From Trichoplax adhaerens (taxonomy: Eukaryota > Animalia > Placozoa): 64,000 nt of DNA. The position numbers were made by a program, and so were the translations under genes. Position 1 is the stretch's first letter; each line of letters opens with the position of its first letter. Shown piece by piece: positions 20,732 through 33,852 of the stretch. The notes beneath the pieces are model-generated. The model was not told the DNA's origin. It saw only the letters and a program-made list of their open reading frames with translations, and did no database searches. Location of the stretch: the NCBI RefSeq assembly GCF_000150275.1, contig NW_002060954.1, positions 1,612,001 to 1,676,000 on the forward strand, in the 5' to 3' direction.

Positions 20732-21468
20732 TAAACGACGACCTTAGAAACTCCTAAAATTTTAAATTTAATTCAATAAGAGCGACTAACAGTAAGGCAT
20801 ATTGTCGTGGGAAAATTGAAAGATAACTGCTTCTTCACGACTACAAAACGTTACATGTGGGCACTCATATATGGGCATACATATATGCAGTAGGTTACGG
20901 CCAATGTCCGAAGTTGGCCGATACGCGTTTGGCCGGCCAATATTAAGGCGGTGATAGAATTATAGGTACAATATATTTTTATTGATTCGTCAACGATGTA
21001 ATCCACAATTATATGCAATACTACAAATTTAGATCGATTCTGGATATTAATACTAGTATACTTCAATTGCTAACTCCGTCAAGATATAGACGATCAGTTG
21101 AAGATGTACAAGGGTCAAATTTGATAATATCGATGTACGAGTATTTTAATAATCTTAAAAAATTATGCTTCCCTATTTCAACGCGCCATAGTTGACTTGG
21201 AATTGCCATCAACTTTATCAAACATCATATGATAAATGGGTAAAGCATTTCGTATAATTTATAAATGGAAGTACTCTCTCACCAGACACGGTATTCATTC
21301 ATATTAATAAAATTTTTACTTTACGCATACCTAAATATGAATCCGTATTATAGATGTAGTACACCTTTATATCTGGCATGCACATTAATTAACGAACAGA
21401 TAAAGTCTGTCTAGCAATATTCATGCAGATATATTTAAGTACAAAGTCATAAATCTAATTCTGTAATA

Positions 21469-23158
21469 TCAGTAACAGCCTTTGGGCTCCTCGAAGATCT
21501 GATAAGTAAATATTAGCGGAAATATACAGAAGCTACCAATACAAGATCCTATCACCATAACAACACCGCTCCAGACTAATGCTACCTTGCCTTTCTCTCG
21601 TAGTAGTAAGCAGGCAGTTACCTTAGTATAGGTAACTAAAATAGTATTTATAACCCAGATAGAGACCTATAGGTAAGACAAGAATATATATACAACGGAA
21701 AATGATTAACTAATTTCCACCTTATGTAAGGAAAAAATTTTTATTTCTATTGCTTTATTTTACAAACTTATCCCGAACTTGACGTACAATCAGAATTGAG
21801 CCTTGCACGGTGTTGTGTAACGGAGGATATGGACTCATCACCGCAGATGTTATAATAAAAATGCCGGTTGCTCTTGATAGCGTCGAAGTGTAAAAAACTG
21901 CAGTCATAGATCGATACTTAAACAGCAAAACTGCGAAAACAGATGATAAGGGATAGGTAACAGCAACTGATGCCACAGTTCTATGGTATGTCTTCAAACC
22001 GTATGGTAAGCACGAAAAAGGTTGGATTGAGGGCAAGACACCGTTGCTGATGCAGAATGCCCAGCCTTCTGTTAAAAGTAGAATAATATAACGCTGTTTA
22101 TCTGCATGACTTACCCATTCCACAGCTTTGTTCGATTCATTATCAGTTTGATATCTGTCTTGATTTGTTGATAATCTTTCACTTTCACTTGTTTCCATGT
22201 TAGCATTGCTTGCCTCTTCGCAAAAGGGTAGGCAAAATTTAGCCATTTTAGGTGTAATGTAATGACTATCGTTTATGTGAGACGTGAACAGTCGATTTTT
22301 CATTCTTCTACAACGTCCATCTTGTTCAGATTCGCTATCACTAGTTTCATTACTAGTTGATACCCCATTTCTTGCCTGAAGTTGAATTTCTGCCTCATTT
22401 AATATATCACGTTGCATACGAAATATATTCTTTTTTATTTTTCTATCATAAATTCTGACAGATGAAGGTAGATGATCAAGTACGGTGAAACTTACGAGTG
22501 ATATTAACAGAAAAGTAAATACAATAAAAAATAACGTATCTGGACCAAATATTGGATTTTCACTGACAGTAGTGCCATTAGCTTTACTGATATTGAGATG
22601 ATGATGACATTTTGGTCCATCGGTTACATCCTGTATCAGAATAGCTATGCCAGGTATTAGTGAACTTAGACCGTCTCCGATAAATATACCAGTGATATAA
22701 ATTTCTGGATAATCAGCCATGTAAGGTAAAAACGTTACAATAGACATGCAACCAACAAATGAAAAGATAAATGCTATGAAATATAGAGCTACTGAATGCT
22801 CAAATGTGCTCATAGCAACGAATGTTTTATTCCAAAATATCGCTAGAGCTAACGAGTTGATAACGGCTACTATCAGTAAGATATAAATAAAGGGAGCCTC
22901 ATTGAATCTTCTTGGATGATAATAGTAAGCGAGGCCATAACATGCTGGTCCAATCGCTCCTAAATGACTAATTATAGTTAAAACTGCAGGTAGTTGTAGG
23001 CCGCCAGGTGTACGCGCCACTAATAATGGTGTTTCTACCCAAATACCATTCGTACCAATCCATGAGCTCATGCTAAAAATACATACTAAAGTAAACGTTA
23101 ACCAGGAAATTTTGCTTCCTTGTCTTATTACTTCTCCATCTCCAGGATTATCGTTCAT
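21469..23158 (-). CDS. SLC52-family riboflavin transporter, 2 coding exons (23158-21788, 21666-21469)
   Basis: Motifs SWIGTNGIWVETPLLV...PGGLQLP, CMSIVTFLPYMA, FIGDGLSSLIPG, NGVLPSIQPFSCLPYG, MSPYPPL. Last exon VSIWVINTILVTYTKV...GSCIGSFCIFPLI...GCY* (TGA 21471-21469). Confidence 0.92.
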
Positions 23159-25690
23159 GATACCAATTTTGTTGCACGCGAGTACATTGCATTGGTACGA
23201 ATATAATATAGATATTGTGTAATAGTATGCGCATAATCCATTACTAAATCAACCATATGCCAACGTAATTTATGCAATCTGTTATTATGCGACCCAGATG
23301 CAATATTGAATTATGTTATATGTATTTAACTGCAAGCCTGATTTATGCTTTAATAAAAACTGCTGCTTAAAATATTATTTTGCGTATGCTTAGAATACCA
23401 TCATTCCTTAAAGATTGACTGTGAGCCGCAGTTTTTATTTCTTACTGATCATAACTATATTCCATTCAGTTATACACATTAAATTCTATAAATCATGTGT
23501 ATATGGGTTTACATCAGAGCTATACACTGAGCTCTTCAGGCATAAATACTAAAGTACATAAGATACTACTACGATGCTGGTAATATCACAGAAAGATAAT
23601 ATTACTCTTAAGATTGTGAAAAACTAATATTATCCTTTAAATATTCATTCTATTTATGCTCTAATTAGTAATTTACAATAACCTACTAATTAGACGTAAT
23701 GCGATACATATTTTAGATTTTCTTTGGTATTTCTAAGTGCAGTTAGCAAGAAAAGCTGGAAACTGTCAATGCTCTTGTAATGATTGTACAAACGGGTTCT
23801 AGAGTTTATTTACTTACAATGTAACCGGTAATGCACGCAATTTATTTGTATGTTACTAACTTTGATTACTCGTCTGACTGATTTGTACTATTTTCAATAG
23901 TTATAGCTCGTGTGATAATAGCATTATTCCCAGCTTCATAGGGGGGTATTAATTAAACTCTTTCAGTTAGCTAAAATAATATAATATGGTTTTCCTTATG
24001 TTCGTATCTCATCTATATATGATTCAATGTATACAGTTATACTTTATTTATAAATGATAATGAATTATTATTGTTGTTTATGCTGTATGTAAAAGCTGGT
24101 CGATGGTATAAGACATGTATTATAACATCACCGTTCAATAAAAAAGTACCTAAATTATCATTAAAAATTATGTCTTTAGAATAAAATTGTTGCACTGCGA
24201 CCAATGAAGCGTTAGAGGATAACGACGGTTGATAATTCAATTAGTTATGTATGGGATTACCTCACAGGAATAAGATCTGACGGAGATCTTGCATGAAGTT
24301 GTTATTGTCATTTATAATTTTCGTAACCGGTAAAAATTACCGGTACATTGCATATAAAAGCATATTAATTTAAATGACGAAACGGGTTTAATCTCTCAAC
24401 TCATTCGTTCAGTTGATTACGGACGGTTTCGTATCTACTTGCATACTTCGGATATAACTATTATCTACTATAAATAGTATAAAATTTAACTTATTACAAT
24501 ATAAAAATGTAAATGTACACCAATCATCATCAATCAATTCAATCACATTAATTTGGTTGTACGTGTGCCCCGTTGTTTATATGAAATCCTGTGTACAGCA
24601 TGTTGAGATTAAACAATGCATCTGTATCTACTGAACTTTGTACGTGATTAATTGTACGTGTATACAGTATTTCCTACTTATCAATATCATACCTTTACTT
24701 CAGATTATTCAGTCTTCTTAATGTAGATTTTGTCAGCTACTCGTATGAACACGTTGTTCATACAATAAAACTATAAAAGCGTATGAGAAACCTAATTGTG
24801 AACACTATTAACAGTAAGAAATCGCTAACAGAGAGATACGTACATGAGATATCTAACGGCCACAATAAAAATACAGAAATATGATTATGGTAGATGCGAT
24901 AAAACTATAGTTATATTTGATATGTAATTATGGGGCTTACTCGTAGTCTGTCGCCAAAGTAACAGCCGTATGTATTTCTATACGATCTCGGCCTGAGACT
25001 AACCGTTAGTGATCTATTCGGTAACCGCTACTCAATGGCTGCTGAAGTATTTGTATATTAAATTTGTAGTTTATTACTGTAGAAGTCTAAATCATTACGA
25101 TTATTCACGTGTTTGAACTAATCGTGTTTTATAACTGTCGAAAGATACTATATTACTAATGAAACCGATTTATTGATGGTTTTGATAGCTATGATAAACA
25201 ACACCTATACTTTACTAACGCCTTTTCAACTTTCACAAGTATCAATTTACATATAGTAGCTACGTAATTTTAACATAACTTCAATAGATATCAGCAATAA
25301 TAAAATTTAAAGAACAGTGCTGTATTTTAACTATGTCAATATGGTCTAAATAAATACCATCAATTTATCGTATCTCTAGAGTATGCATTAGGGATAAGAA
25401 AGGTAAAAAATTATTGCTCTGGGTACCTGTTGCGATTACCTCACAATTTGTTTTAAAGCTAATTTTCATTTGAATGTGGTGAAGTCATAAATATATGGCA
25501 TAAATATGATATGAAGAAGTTGATACCATATATCTGTTCAAGAATAGACTTATATTTAAAGCAATTTTGCTAAAAATTAATGATACCAATACTGTTGTGA
25601 ACGAAAATACTATCGCTGAAGTATGCGGTAAAACAAGCTGTAAATTAGTGCATCATGTAGATTTATTAATACAGAAACAGCGTTATTTTA

Positions 25691-27208
25691 TCAGAAAGCG
25701 TCGACATCAGAGTTTGATAGCATGCGTTTAACAGCTTGAAAATGCTTTAACATATATGTCTTGTCCGCATAGAATTGTTTTGATATTTTTTCGCACAGCT
25801 CATCAGGAATTACATTTAATTTTTTTCCGGTTGCAGAAGCAAGGACCTGTCGTGAGTTACATAATTTATTTTTATCAGTATTTGCCCATTAATTACAGGA
25901 GTTTTTTGTAGTTGCTGTTCAGATTAGATAAATGATTGATTGATTATGATTACTGTTATACTTACTTGATACATGCAGGCCCTTTCAACATAGTAAATTG
26001 TATCGAAAGCTTCGTGAATAGTCGATGCAGCAACAAGAACACCATGATTGCCCATGAATAATATAGTTTTATCACCTAGCACACGAGCAAGTCTATCACC
26101 TTCCTCATCTGCTGTTGCCAAACCAGTATATCCCAGATCAAAAGCAAATCTATTGTAAAATCGAGCAGAGTTTTGATGTATCATTTCAAGTACTGGCTTT
26201 TCTAAACAAGCGACGGAGGTTGCATAAGGCATGTGGCAGTGCATAACACATTTAACGTCAGATCTGGCACGATATATGCCAAAATGAATCTTCATTGCGG
26301 TAATATCAGCCTCGCCATCACCTAAATCAATCCAATAAATCAACCAAAAAAGCTATTATAAAGTAGTCTTTAATTCATTTTTAAGGTATTCTTTCCTAAA
26401 TAGCTAGCAAGTCGTTAAAATAAACAATAAAATCTAAAATACAGTATTAATCCAACTTTGTGCAGCATAGGCCTACTTATAATAGGATCAGCGAACCCTA
26501 ATTGTCATTATTACAATAAGTATGAAGAGTACATGATGAATACAATGGCAGAAGTAAATAGACAAAGCACAGTAAGGCAAAAATAGGATAGGCTCTATAT
26601 TGACTATCTAAATCCACCATATTAAGACTAACAGGATAAATTTAAAAATTAGCCAAGGTCCAAAAAATGATGGTCATTGAATCGCTTCGAAATAGTTTAA
26701 ATTGCAGATTTCTATTTTTACACTTGAATTAATTACAATACTGTACAGTATATCCGTGCTAGTGGATTGTCTACTGTGGATTCATGATTTAAAAAAGCAG
26801 CTAGTGAAGAAATTGAGCACGAACACTGATCCTAAATTGAATTGTAAACTTTCACTTTGTTATTATTTGGTTCATACCTTCCACGAGTTTCTCATTTGAG
26901 TTTAGGCCCACTAACTTTTCAGGTGTAACTTCGCACCAATGTAATCCATACGGAATTACTAATGCAACGTAATCTTTGCCTTTACGAGCTGGTGCAATCG
27001 CTGTAAGATGGTTACAAATTCCTTCTGACAGACCGTATTCGAATATACCACGGTAAGCCGTAGCAAGATCTTCACGTACGTTGTTATTATTCCATTTCGG
27101 ACTTTTTGTGCTGTCATGGCGAACATTTGTTAAATTATATACTGCACCTAAGTTGGCACTTCGTTTAAGAGCTTGTCTCAGCGAGACACGCATCAAATGG
27201 GCGGCCAT
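25691..27208 (-). CDS. Class II aldolase/adducin-domain protein with a predicted mitochondrial presequence, 3 exons (27208-26878, 26321-25966, 25846-25691)
   Basis: GLSEGICNHLT, PYGLHWCEVT, IHFGIYRAR, HCHMPYAT (HxH metal ligands), MGNHGV, YYVERACMYQVLA. The N-terminal ~30 aa (MAAHLMRVSLRQALKRSANLG...) are Arg/Ala/Leu-rich with no acidic residues. Confidence 0.9.
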
Positions 27209-27565
27209 GTTACCTGTTAACCTTTACCGTAACCAAACTGCTGCTTGAATACTCCACGCTAAACCGAACCTCTTATAACCCCCTATGGTACTGTACGATG
27301 CGTTTTACCGTACAGTATTATACTGTACGGTATTGTTACTGATCAGTAGGGTCTCTACTATACAGTACAGCACACTGTACAGTACAGTACATTATCATGG
27401 ATCGGATAGACAGACTTTTCATACAGGATGCCCTCCTGTATCAGTTTTCTAAATCACTCTTATTAATTTGAATAGTAGTACAGACTACAGAGTACACGGT
27501 AAAAAGTTACTGAACCTCGGATAGGTCTATCAAATGGTAATACTATCTGTTAAATGAGCACATTA

Positions 27566-27603
27566 TCGTAAACCGTCAGCAAAGCGACGGGAGTTTGCAC
27601 TAG
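27566..27603 (+). mobile_element. 38-bp dispersed repeat resembling a Helitron 3' terminus (copy 2)
   Basis: A|TCGTAAACCGTCAGCAAAGCGACGGGAGTTTGCACTAG|T: starts TC, ends CTAG, sits between A and T with no target-site duplication. Confidence 0.6.
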
Positions 27604-27934
27604 TATTACTTAATTTAGAAAAATTAGTCTATTCAGAATCGACTATCTGCATACTAAAGTACTGTACTGTCATAATAAAGTGTTTGATACAATTTGTTGA
27701 CCAAAGTTAGCCTGGAATGTCTGTCCATCTAAAAGAGTGTCTTGTACTTCCAGTTGTCCATGACTATACTCAGTGGATTATGCACTAGTACAATACTGTA
27801 TTAGTAATGTTTAACATAGACGATGCAATAAGGCCCATTTGCTGCTTACTGCTGTTCTCTCATCTTGCAATTAAATACTACTAAAGCAAAAGCAATAACG
27901 CATTAGTCAGCATACGATCTAGCAATTGTTGACT

Positions 27935-30900
27935 ATGGCCAAAGTAATGGAATGTATTTTGGTGCCTGATGACGAAACTTTGCCAAAAATTCATCTAGAT
28001 GATGGAAAATTAGTGACTTTAGGAAGAAGTCCAGCTACACAAGTACGCTGCAAAACGTGTGCTCGACAACAAGGTAAATGAGCTACAGGTTAACAGTCAA
28101 CATACCACTAATAACCATGCTAGCTTTAGTAGCCAGCTTGCATAGCTGTACTCTCCAGGCCATATCATTAAATTAGTTTGATTAAGATATGCACTATCTA
28201 ATATACTCTTGCTTAAAGATAGCTAGCAGCTCGAATCGGTAATAATAAAAATAATAATAACAATTCTGTAGCAGTAATGGACAAATTTATAGGTATTTCT
28301 GCGCGTAGGTCTGTCAATTCTTTGAATCGTTGCTTGCTAATAATAATATGTATGTAATGATATAATGTATAAGTACACCACTATTATTATGAATACTGTT
28401 AGTAAAACTTATTTTTACGCTATAAGGATGGCCTTTTTGTGCTTTTTCTATAGTTCAAGTTATAGCAAACTATGAAAAAAAGCAACTGCAGCTTACACAG
28501 GTTTGGAATGCAAGTTAGGTCTTGTTCGAGACTATAGTTGCGCCTGTCTCGTCTTCAACATCATTAAAACAGTGCTTTATTCGTGGGTTATTTTTAAAAA
28601 TCTTTAGATAGGAAAAAATCCTAGCAGAGTAAGCGGTCGATTACTGGAACCGCAAAAAACATGCATTCTTAATCCAAAAGAGAAATTTTCGCTATTGCGC
28701 AACAGTTTTGGATATGAAGTGCAATTTTTGAGTCAATCATCGCAAGATCAAATCACCTCGAAAAGACGATATGAAGACATTGACAGGTCCGAATAGGATA
28801 CAGGAATTATTTTGCAATTTATTAGTAATATTTACGCTTATTACCATTAATAAATAGTATTTTTATGGTACAATACACAAGGATAAATATACTGATGACA
28901 TAATTGCTCAGATATAGCATAACAAGTAATTCGATCGTTTTTGCATTAATCTGGTCCTGTACTGAGTAGTTGCACCGAAGCGGAAGAAAGAAAAAGAATG
29001 AAACCCACATTGCATATAACAATGCAAAGTGTATTGCTTAAAACACCATATCGGGTCATTAAATCACTGGAAGAACCAAATTATAATGGCTGGACTGATT
29101 TCAGAGGCTTGTTAATTTATACGTCTGATAATGCAAATCCATCGACTAAGGTACTCGTATGTAACGTACTATTGCTTTACCTAGGTAGCGCATTTTCGAA
29201 AATTATTAAACTTTTTTACTAATTTGGATGTAATTCTGTTTCAAGATTGCTTCCTTCGACCTCGATGGAACGCTTATTGACAGCGGTACATCTAGAAAGT
29301 TCTCAGATCAATGGAGGTTACTAGCATATTGATGATTCATAGATTTATTTAGCTTTTTTATCTCAAAATCTGCAGTGTTAACCTGTTGTCAAATCATTAG
29401 ATTCGCTTTTTCAACTGTAAGAAGTAAGCTGCAACAATTGAATAAAGAAGGATTTAAAGTAAGCTTTCCAGTCAACTTACAGTTAATTTAGATCGTCAGT
29501 CATATCTTAGAACATTTGTAAGTATATTTTGAAAACCGTGTGGTATGCGTACACTATACTTAAATTTCTTTTATCTATTTGCAGGTTGTAATATTCTCGA
29601 ATCAGGTGCATTATCACGTATTCGTCGTTCACTATTAATTACAGCATTATTAGTATAGTTAAATCTCTATTCTATCGCATCACACGACAGCTAGGAATTG
29701 GCAATAAAATGGTAAACAAAGAAAGCTTTAAGAAGAAGATAACAAATATTATCAACTCATTGGGGGTACCAGTGCAGGTTCGAATAGATCGATTATAAAA
29801 TAAGTACACTTTGATATTATCTCGGTGTGGAAAATTGTTCGTTAAGGTGTACTATACAGTACAGTAGAGTCAATTGTTGTTCATGGATCAACGAATACAC
29901 TTAATTTTTTCATTATTATGATATGCATATTTTATTCTTAGGCATATATTGCTACAAATCGAGATATATATCGGAAACCTTTTATAGGAATGTGGCAGTA
30001 TTTAATATGGAAGGTAAAATACAGTATTAGTAAGTAATACTCAATGCTGTTAATTTACAGACGGTATCTGAACATCTGAACTTATAAGATGCAATATTTT
30101 CTGAAAAGCCTAACTGTATGCTTGAAAATAGATAAAAATGGACCATATGATAATTGATTACGTAACACTTATTTAATCATATAGGCAAACAACGCTATGA
30201 CTATCGATTTGGAAACCAGCTTCTTCGTTGGAGGTCTAACTTTACAATTTTAGTTTACGTTGTAATAGAACGTATTGAAGTGTGTTTAAATGAATACTTT
30301 TAAATTGTAGTAGTGATTGTCGATACTGGTTTGTAATTTACATCATGTTTCTATTACGAAATTAATTTTGATATTTATATATGAAATATTCCCCTAACAC
30401 AAAAGATGCTGCTGGAAGACCTGTAAATTGGCAACCGGGCAAACGAAAAGATTTTTCTTGCTCGGATAGGACTGTATGAACTTATCAGTTACTAAATTTT
30501 ATTTCTAAAATATTCCAATATTTATGACTAAAAGTGTATTTCAAGATCTTCACTGTAATTGTCTCTCTCTATAGTTTGCAGCAAATATTGGGTTAAATTT
30601 TTGTACACCTGAAGAATTTTTCATCAACGGTAGAAAGGCAATCTTCAGCTGGCCTAGTTTTGATCCTGTATGTGCAGCTGCTAAATGTTATTAAATCCAG
30701 ATTTACTTAAGAAATATGCGTCTTATTGTGTTACAGCGTAACTTTACGATAGAAGGAACGTTGTGTTATCCCTCTAACGTTGACCTTACGAACAGCCAAC
30801 AGGAGGTAGGTACTAATACAGCTAAAAACATGAAGTTTATTTGCGAATGTCGTCTCAAAAAAATTTCGAAAACTGTAATGCTGCAGTATTCTATGGTAGT

Positions 30901-32053
30901 TAAGAAGATACTCAGTTATACCACGATTTCTTTGTTGTAGATGGTGATTCTTATTGGGATGCCCGGAGGTTGATTGTTATTCTTACCCAAAATTTTACAT
31001 AATAAAACTGTATAAAAGAATGAATCATTACACATGTGATAATAACTTCAGAAAGTTATTATTATTTGTGACTTACTAATTTAATAGGAGCATGTACTAT
31101 TCATTTATTACTTTTTACTTAATAGCCGGTAAAAGTACATTCGTAAGAAATTACTTGAGCCCACGCGGATATGTAGATGTTAACCGGGTAAGGTTAATTC
31201 TAGTATCCTTCGATATAATTATATCATTATCTTTTAATCAATATCACTTTAAATTACCATCAGGATAAATTGAAATCTTGGCAAAAATGTGTATCTGTTT
31301 GCACTGTATTACTGGATAGAGGTTCCAGTGTTGTTATAGATAATACAAATCCAGATAAGTTTTCAAGGAAAAGGTATTCAAATCGCTTACTGCTACTGTC
31401 TTTGCATTGTACGGTATATATGTAACATATGGATTTTAACTGTACTTATGCTGATTGGCAAATTTTTAGAATAAAAGATTGAATGCGTAATCTCTATACT
31501 ACCTAAATATTATAGGTATATTGACTGCGCACGGTCTAAGAAGATACCTATTAGATGTTTTATATTCACAACATTGGAAGAGATCGCTAAGCATAACAAT
31601 AAGGTAATGCATTGCTCTAGAAAAATATAGTAACTTGTAGTATTCTGTAGGATTGTAACATGGCGAGACAGTTATCTCACCTTGAAAACGGAGAGCATAC
31701 AAATAAACGGACTAACTCCTTTTAGATTCGCGAAGCTACTGCTGAGGAAGGATACCAATCAGTTACCGAGATTGCTTTCAACACCTTCAAGTTCGATTAT
31801 CTTCTAAGTTATAATATTGTTATCTTTAGTATCCATTTATCATTGCTATGCTTAGTTTTCTAACATTTCTTGTGCAAGGGAATTTTTATTGGGTACTTAT
31901 AACTTATAGATTTAAATATTTCTTTACTTGAAAATTAGGTCTAGATATGAAGAGCCCTGCTTGAGTGAAGGTTTTTCTGATATTATTAAAATCAATTTTC
32001 TGTGTAAGTTTTCAAACGAGTATGAGGAACTGTTCTACAAGCAACTTACATAG
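27935..32053 (+). CDS. PNKP: Bifunctional polynucleotide 3'-phosphatase/5'-kinase, about 19 exons
   Basis: FHA exon (TLGRSPATQVRCKTCARQQV); HAD phosphatase motifs [56 protein letters not shown]; kinase P-loop GMPGAGKST, VNRD, VIDNTNPD; C-terminus YEEPCLSEGF...KQLT* (TAG 32051-32053). Confidence 0.95.
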
Positions 32054-33852
32054 GCTAGTAACTAGACTGGTAGGATACTGGTATAGAACCTAATGGCTAT
32101 CATAATCAGAGATTTTACGTTTATTTATGTTATAAAACGTGATCACATAAGATTATAATAATTTGGTTTTTAATAGCATGTGTTGTAATTAGTTCCCGTT
32201 TATGTCTTGTTATACGATTATTTGACAAATTATTTTAAGTTAGTCTGTTTTATACATCGATGGTTACTGTATAATTAATGAATTGATGTACAGTATATTG
32301 TAATGTCTAAACTATAATACTCTTGTGATGAAATCTGGACACTGCTGGTACTGTAAGTGCTATAAGCTATAACTGTGAATTGTAATATACATGAAATCTA
32401 ATGTAAGTCCTTGTGGTGAAAACTCAAGAGATTAAATTAATTAATTATTGATTAACTGTTGCAGTCTAATTCCAAGTTCACAATCTACAAATAGTAGAGC
32501 AAGGTATTTGATGAAATTCAGGATTTCTTAGCATTTACGTATTGTTGCCTGACTCTAAGTAGAACTTGGGCTACCTTGTAATTATTTAAACCATTTATTG
32601 GATTACATGATTTTACGCTCCATACCGCTTTTCTCGTATGTTGCAGTAGGATATTGGCCTACCAATACCATGAGGTGAAAATATGCACCTCGTTGATCAA
32701 TCGAATCGCGTGATCTTGTATAGAGTATAGCAATTTTTTATCTAAATGCTTTGCTAATGTGGTACTGTACAGTTAAAGTGTAAACGTATTGTATGGATGC
32801 GCAGACATTATTTGCAATGGTACAGCCTTGGAAAACGTATCTATCGATGAACTAATTACCTAGCGAATTTGAAAGTAATGTCGACTTTACAATTACGCGT
32901 ATAGAAAAATCAATCAAGTAGGTGCTATGAGATGCTCTGACTTTCATGTTAAATATAATTAGAGATGTAGGCAAAAAAGGTAGAGTTGCTAAGCTAACAA
33001 TGTGAATAAACATGAACGATGTAATGATCGATTTGGTAATCATCTTATCTTAGTCAACTCGTTCCGCAAAAGTATTTATTTAAACATTTTCTGCAGGTGC
33101 ACTATACAGTATAACAAAGGCCAAATGATGTACCGTACTCTAGAGTAGAGTATCGAGAGCAATACATTTAGGCGAAGTATTATCAGCGGGACATTCCACT
33201 AGTAACAATTATTTCAAAGCGTACTTGCTGTAACTTGCAATCTTTTAGCCTAATTTACGGTTACAGCCTGCAGCGAAGTAAAGCTAGTACCGCATACCTC
33301 GTTGTAAGCACAATAGTTCAAGTTCCAAAGTCCTGTCTGTCTCTCAGCCTGTGGTAGCACCCAGCACTTTTTAATGCGCACGCAACACCCGTACACTGTT
33401 ATCTTTATCTTTTACATACTGTACAATTTATAGGGTAGCTGGTAGCATGAACATCCAGAGTACAGTACAGAATTGGATACTGTATTCTATCAGGGACTAT
33501 TTTAAAGTCTCATCCTCTTCCAGTATTTTGATAGAAACTCATCCTCTCCTCGTATTTTAGATTTGGATGGAGCGGGTGTGTTTAGTTTAAACTAGAACAA
33601 CATGAGTGATAAGTGCATTTAGCTCTACAGTCATAAAATGATATGTGATATCCAGTGTGGTGTAAAGTAGTGTGCATATTAGGTGTCATGTCACGACTGG
33701 GATCCGTGGTTCAAGACGAGCAATTGATAAGTGATATTATAATGACAGTGTTACGGGAACGAGATAAAGGGGTGACAATCGATTTTGCGTATTTAAGCCA
33801 ATAGTACAGCGTATACTGTACTCTCGTGGACTACAGTACTGTACATTGTACA

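Noticed and set aside
24272-24344. Short hairpins AAGATCT-GACGG-AGATCTT and ACCGGTAA-AAA-TTACCGGT (Grainyhead-like AACCGGT)
   Set aside because: Stems of 7-8 bp are expected by chance in 64 kb; no further support.
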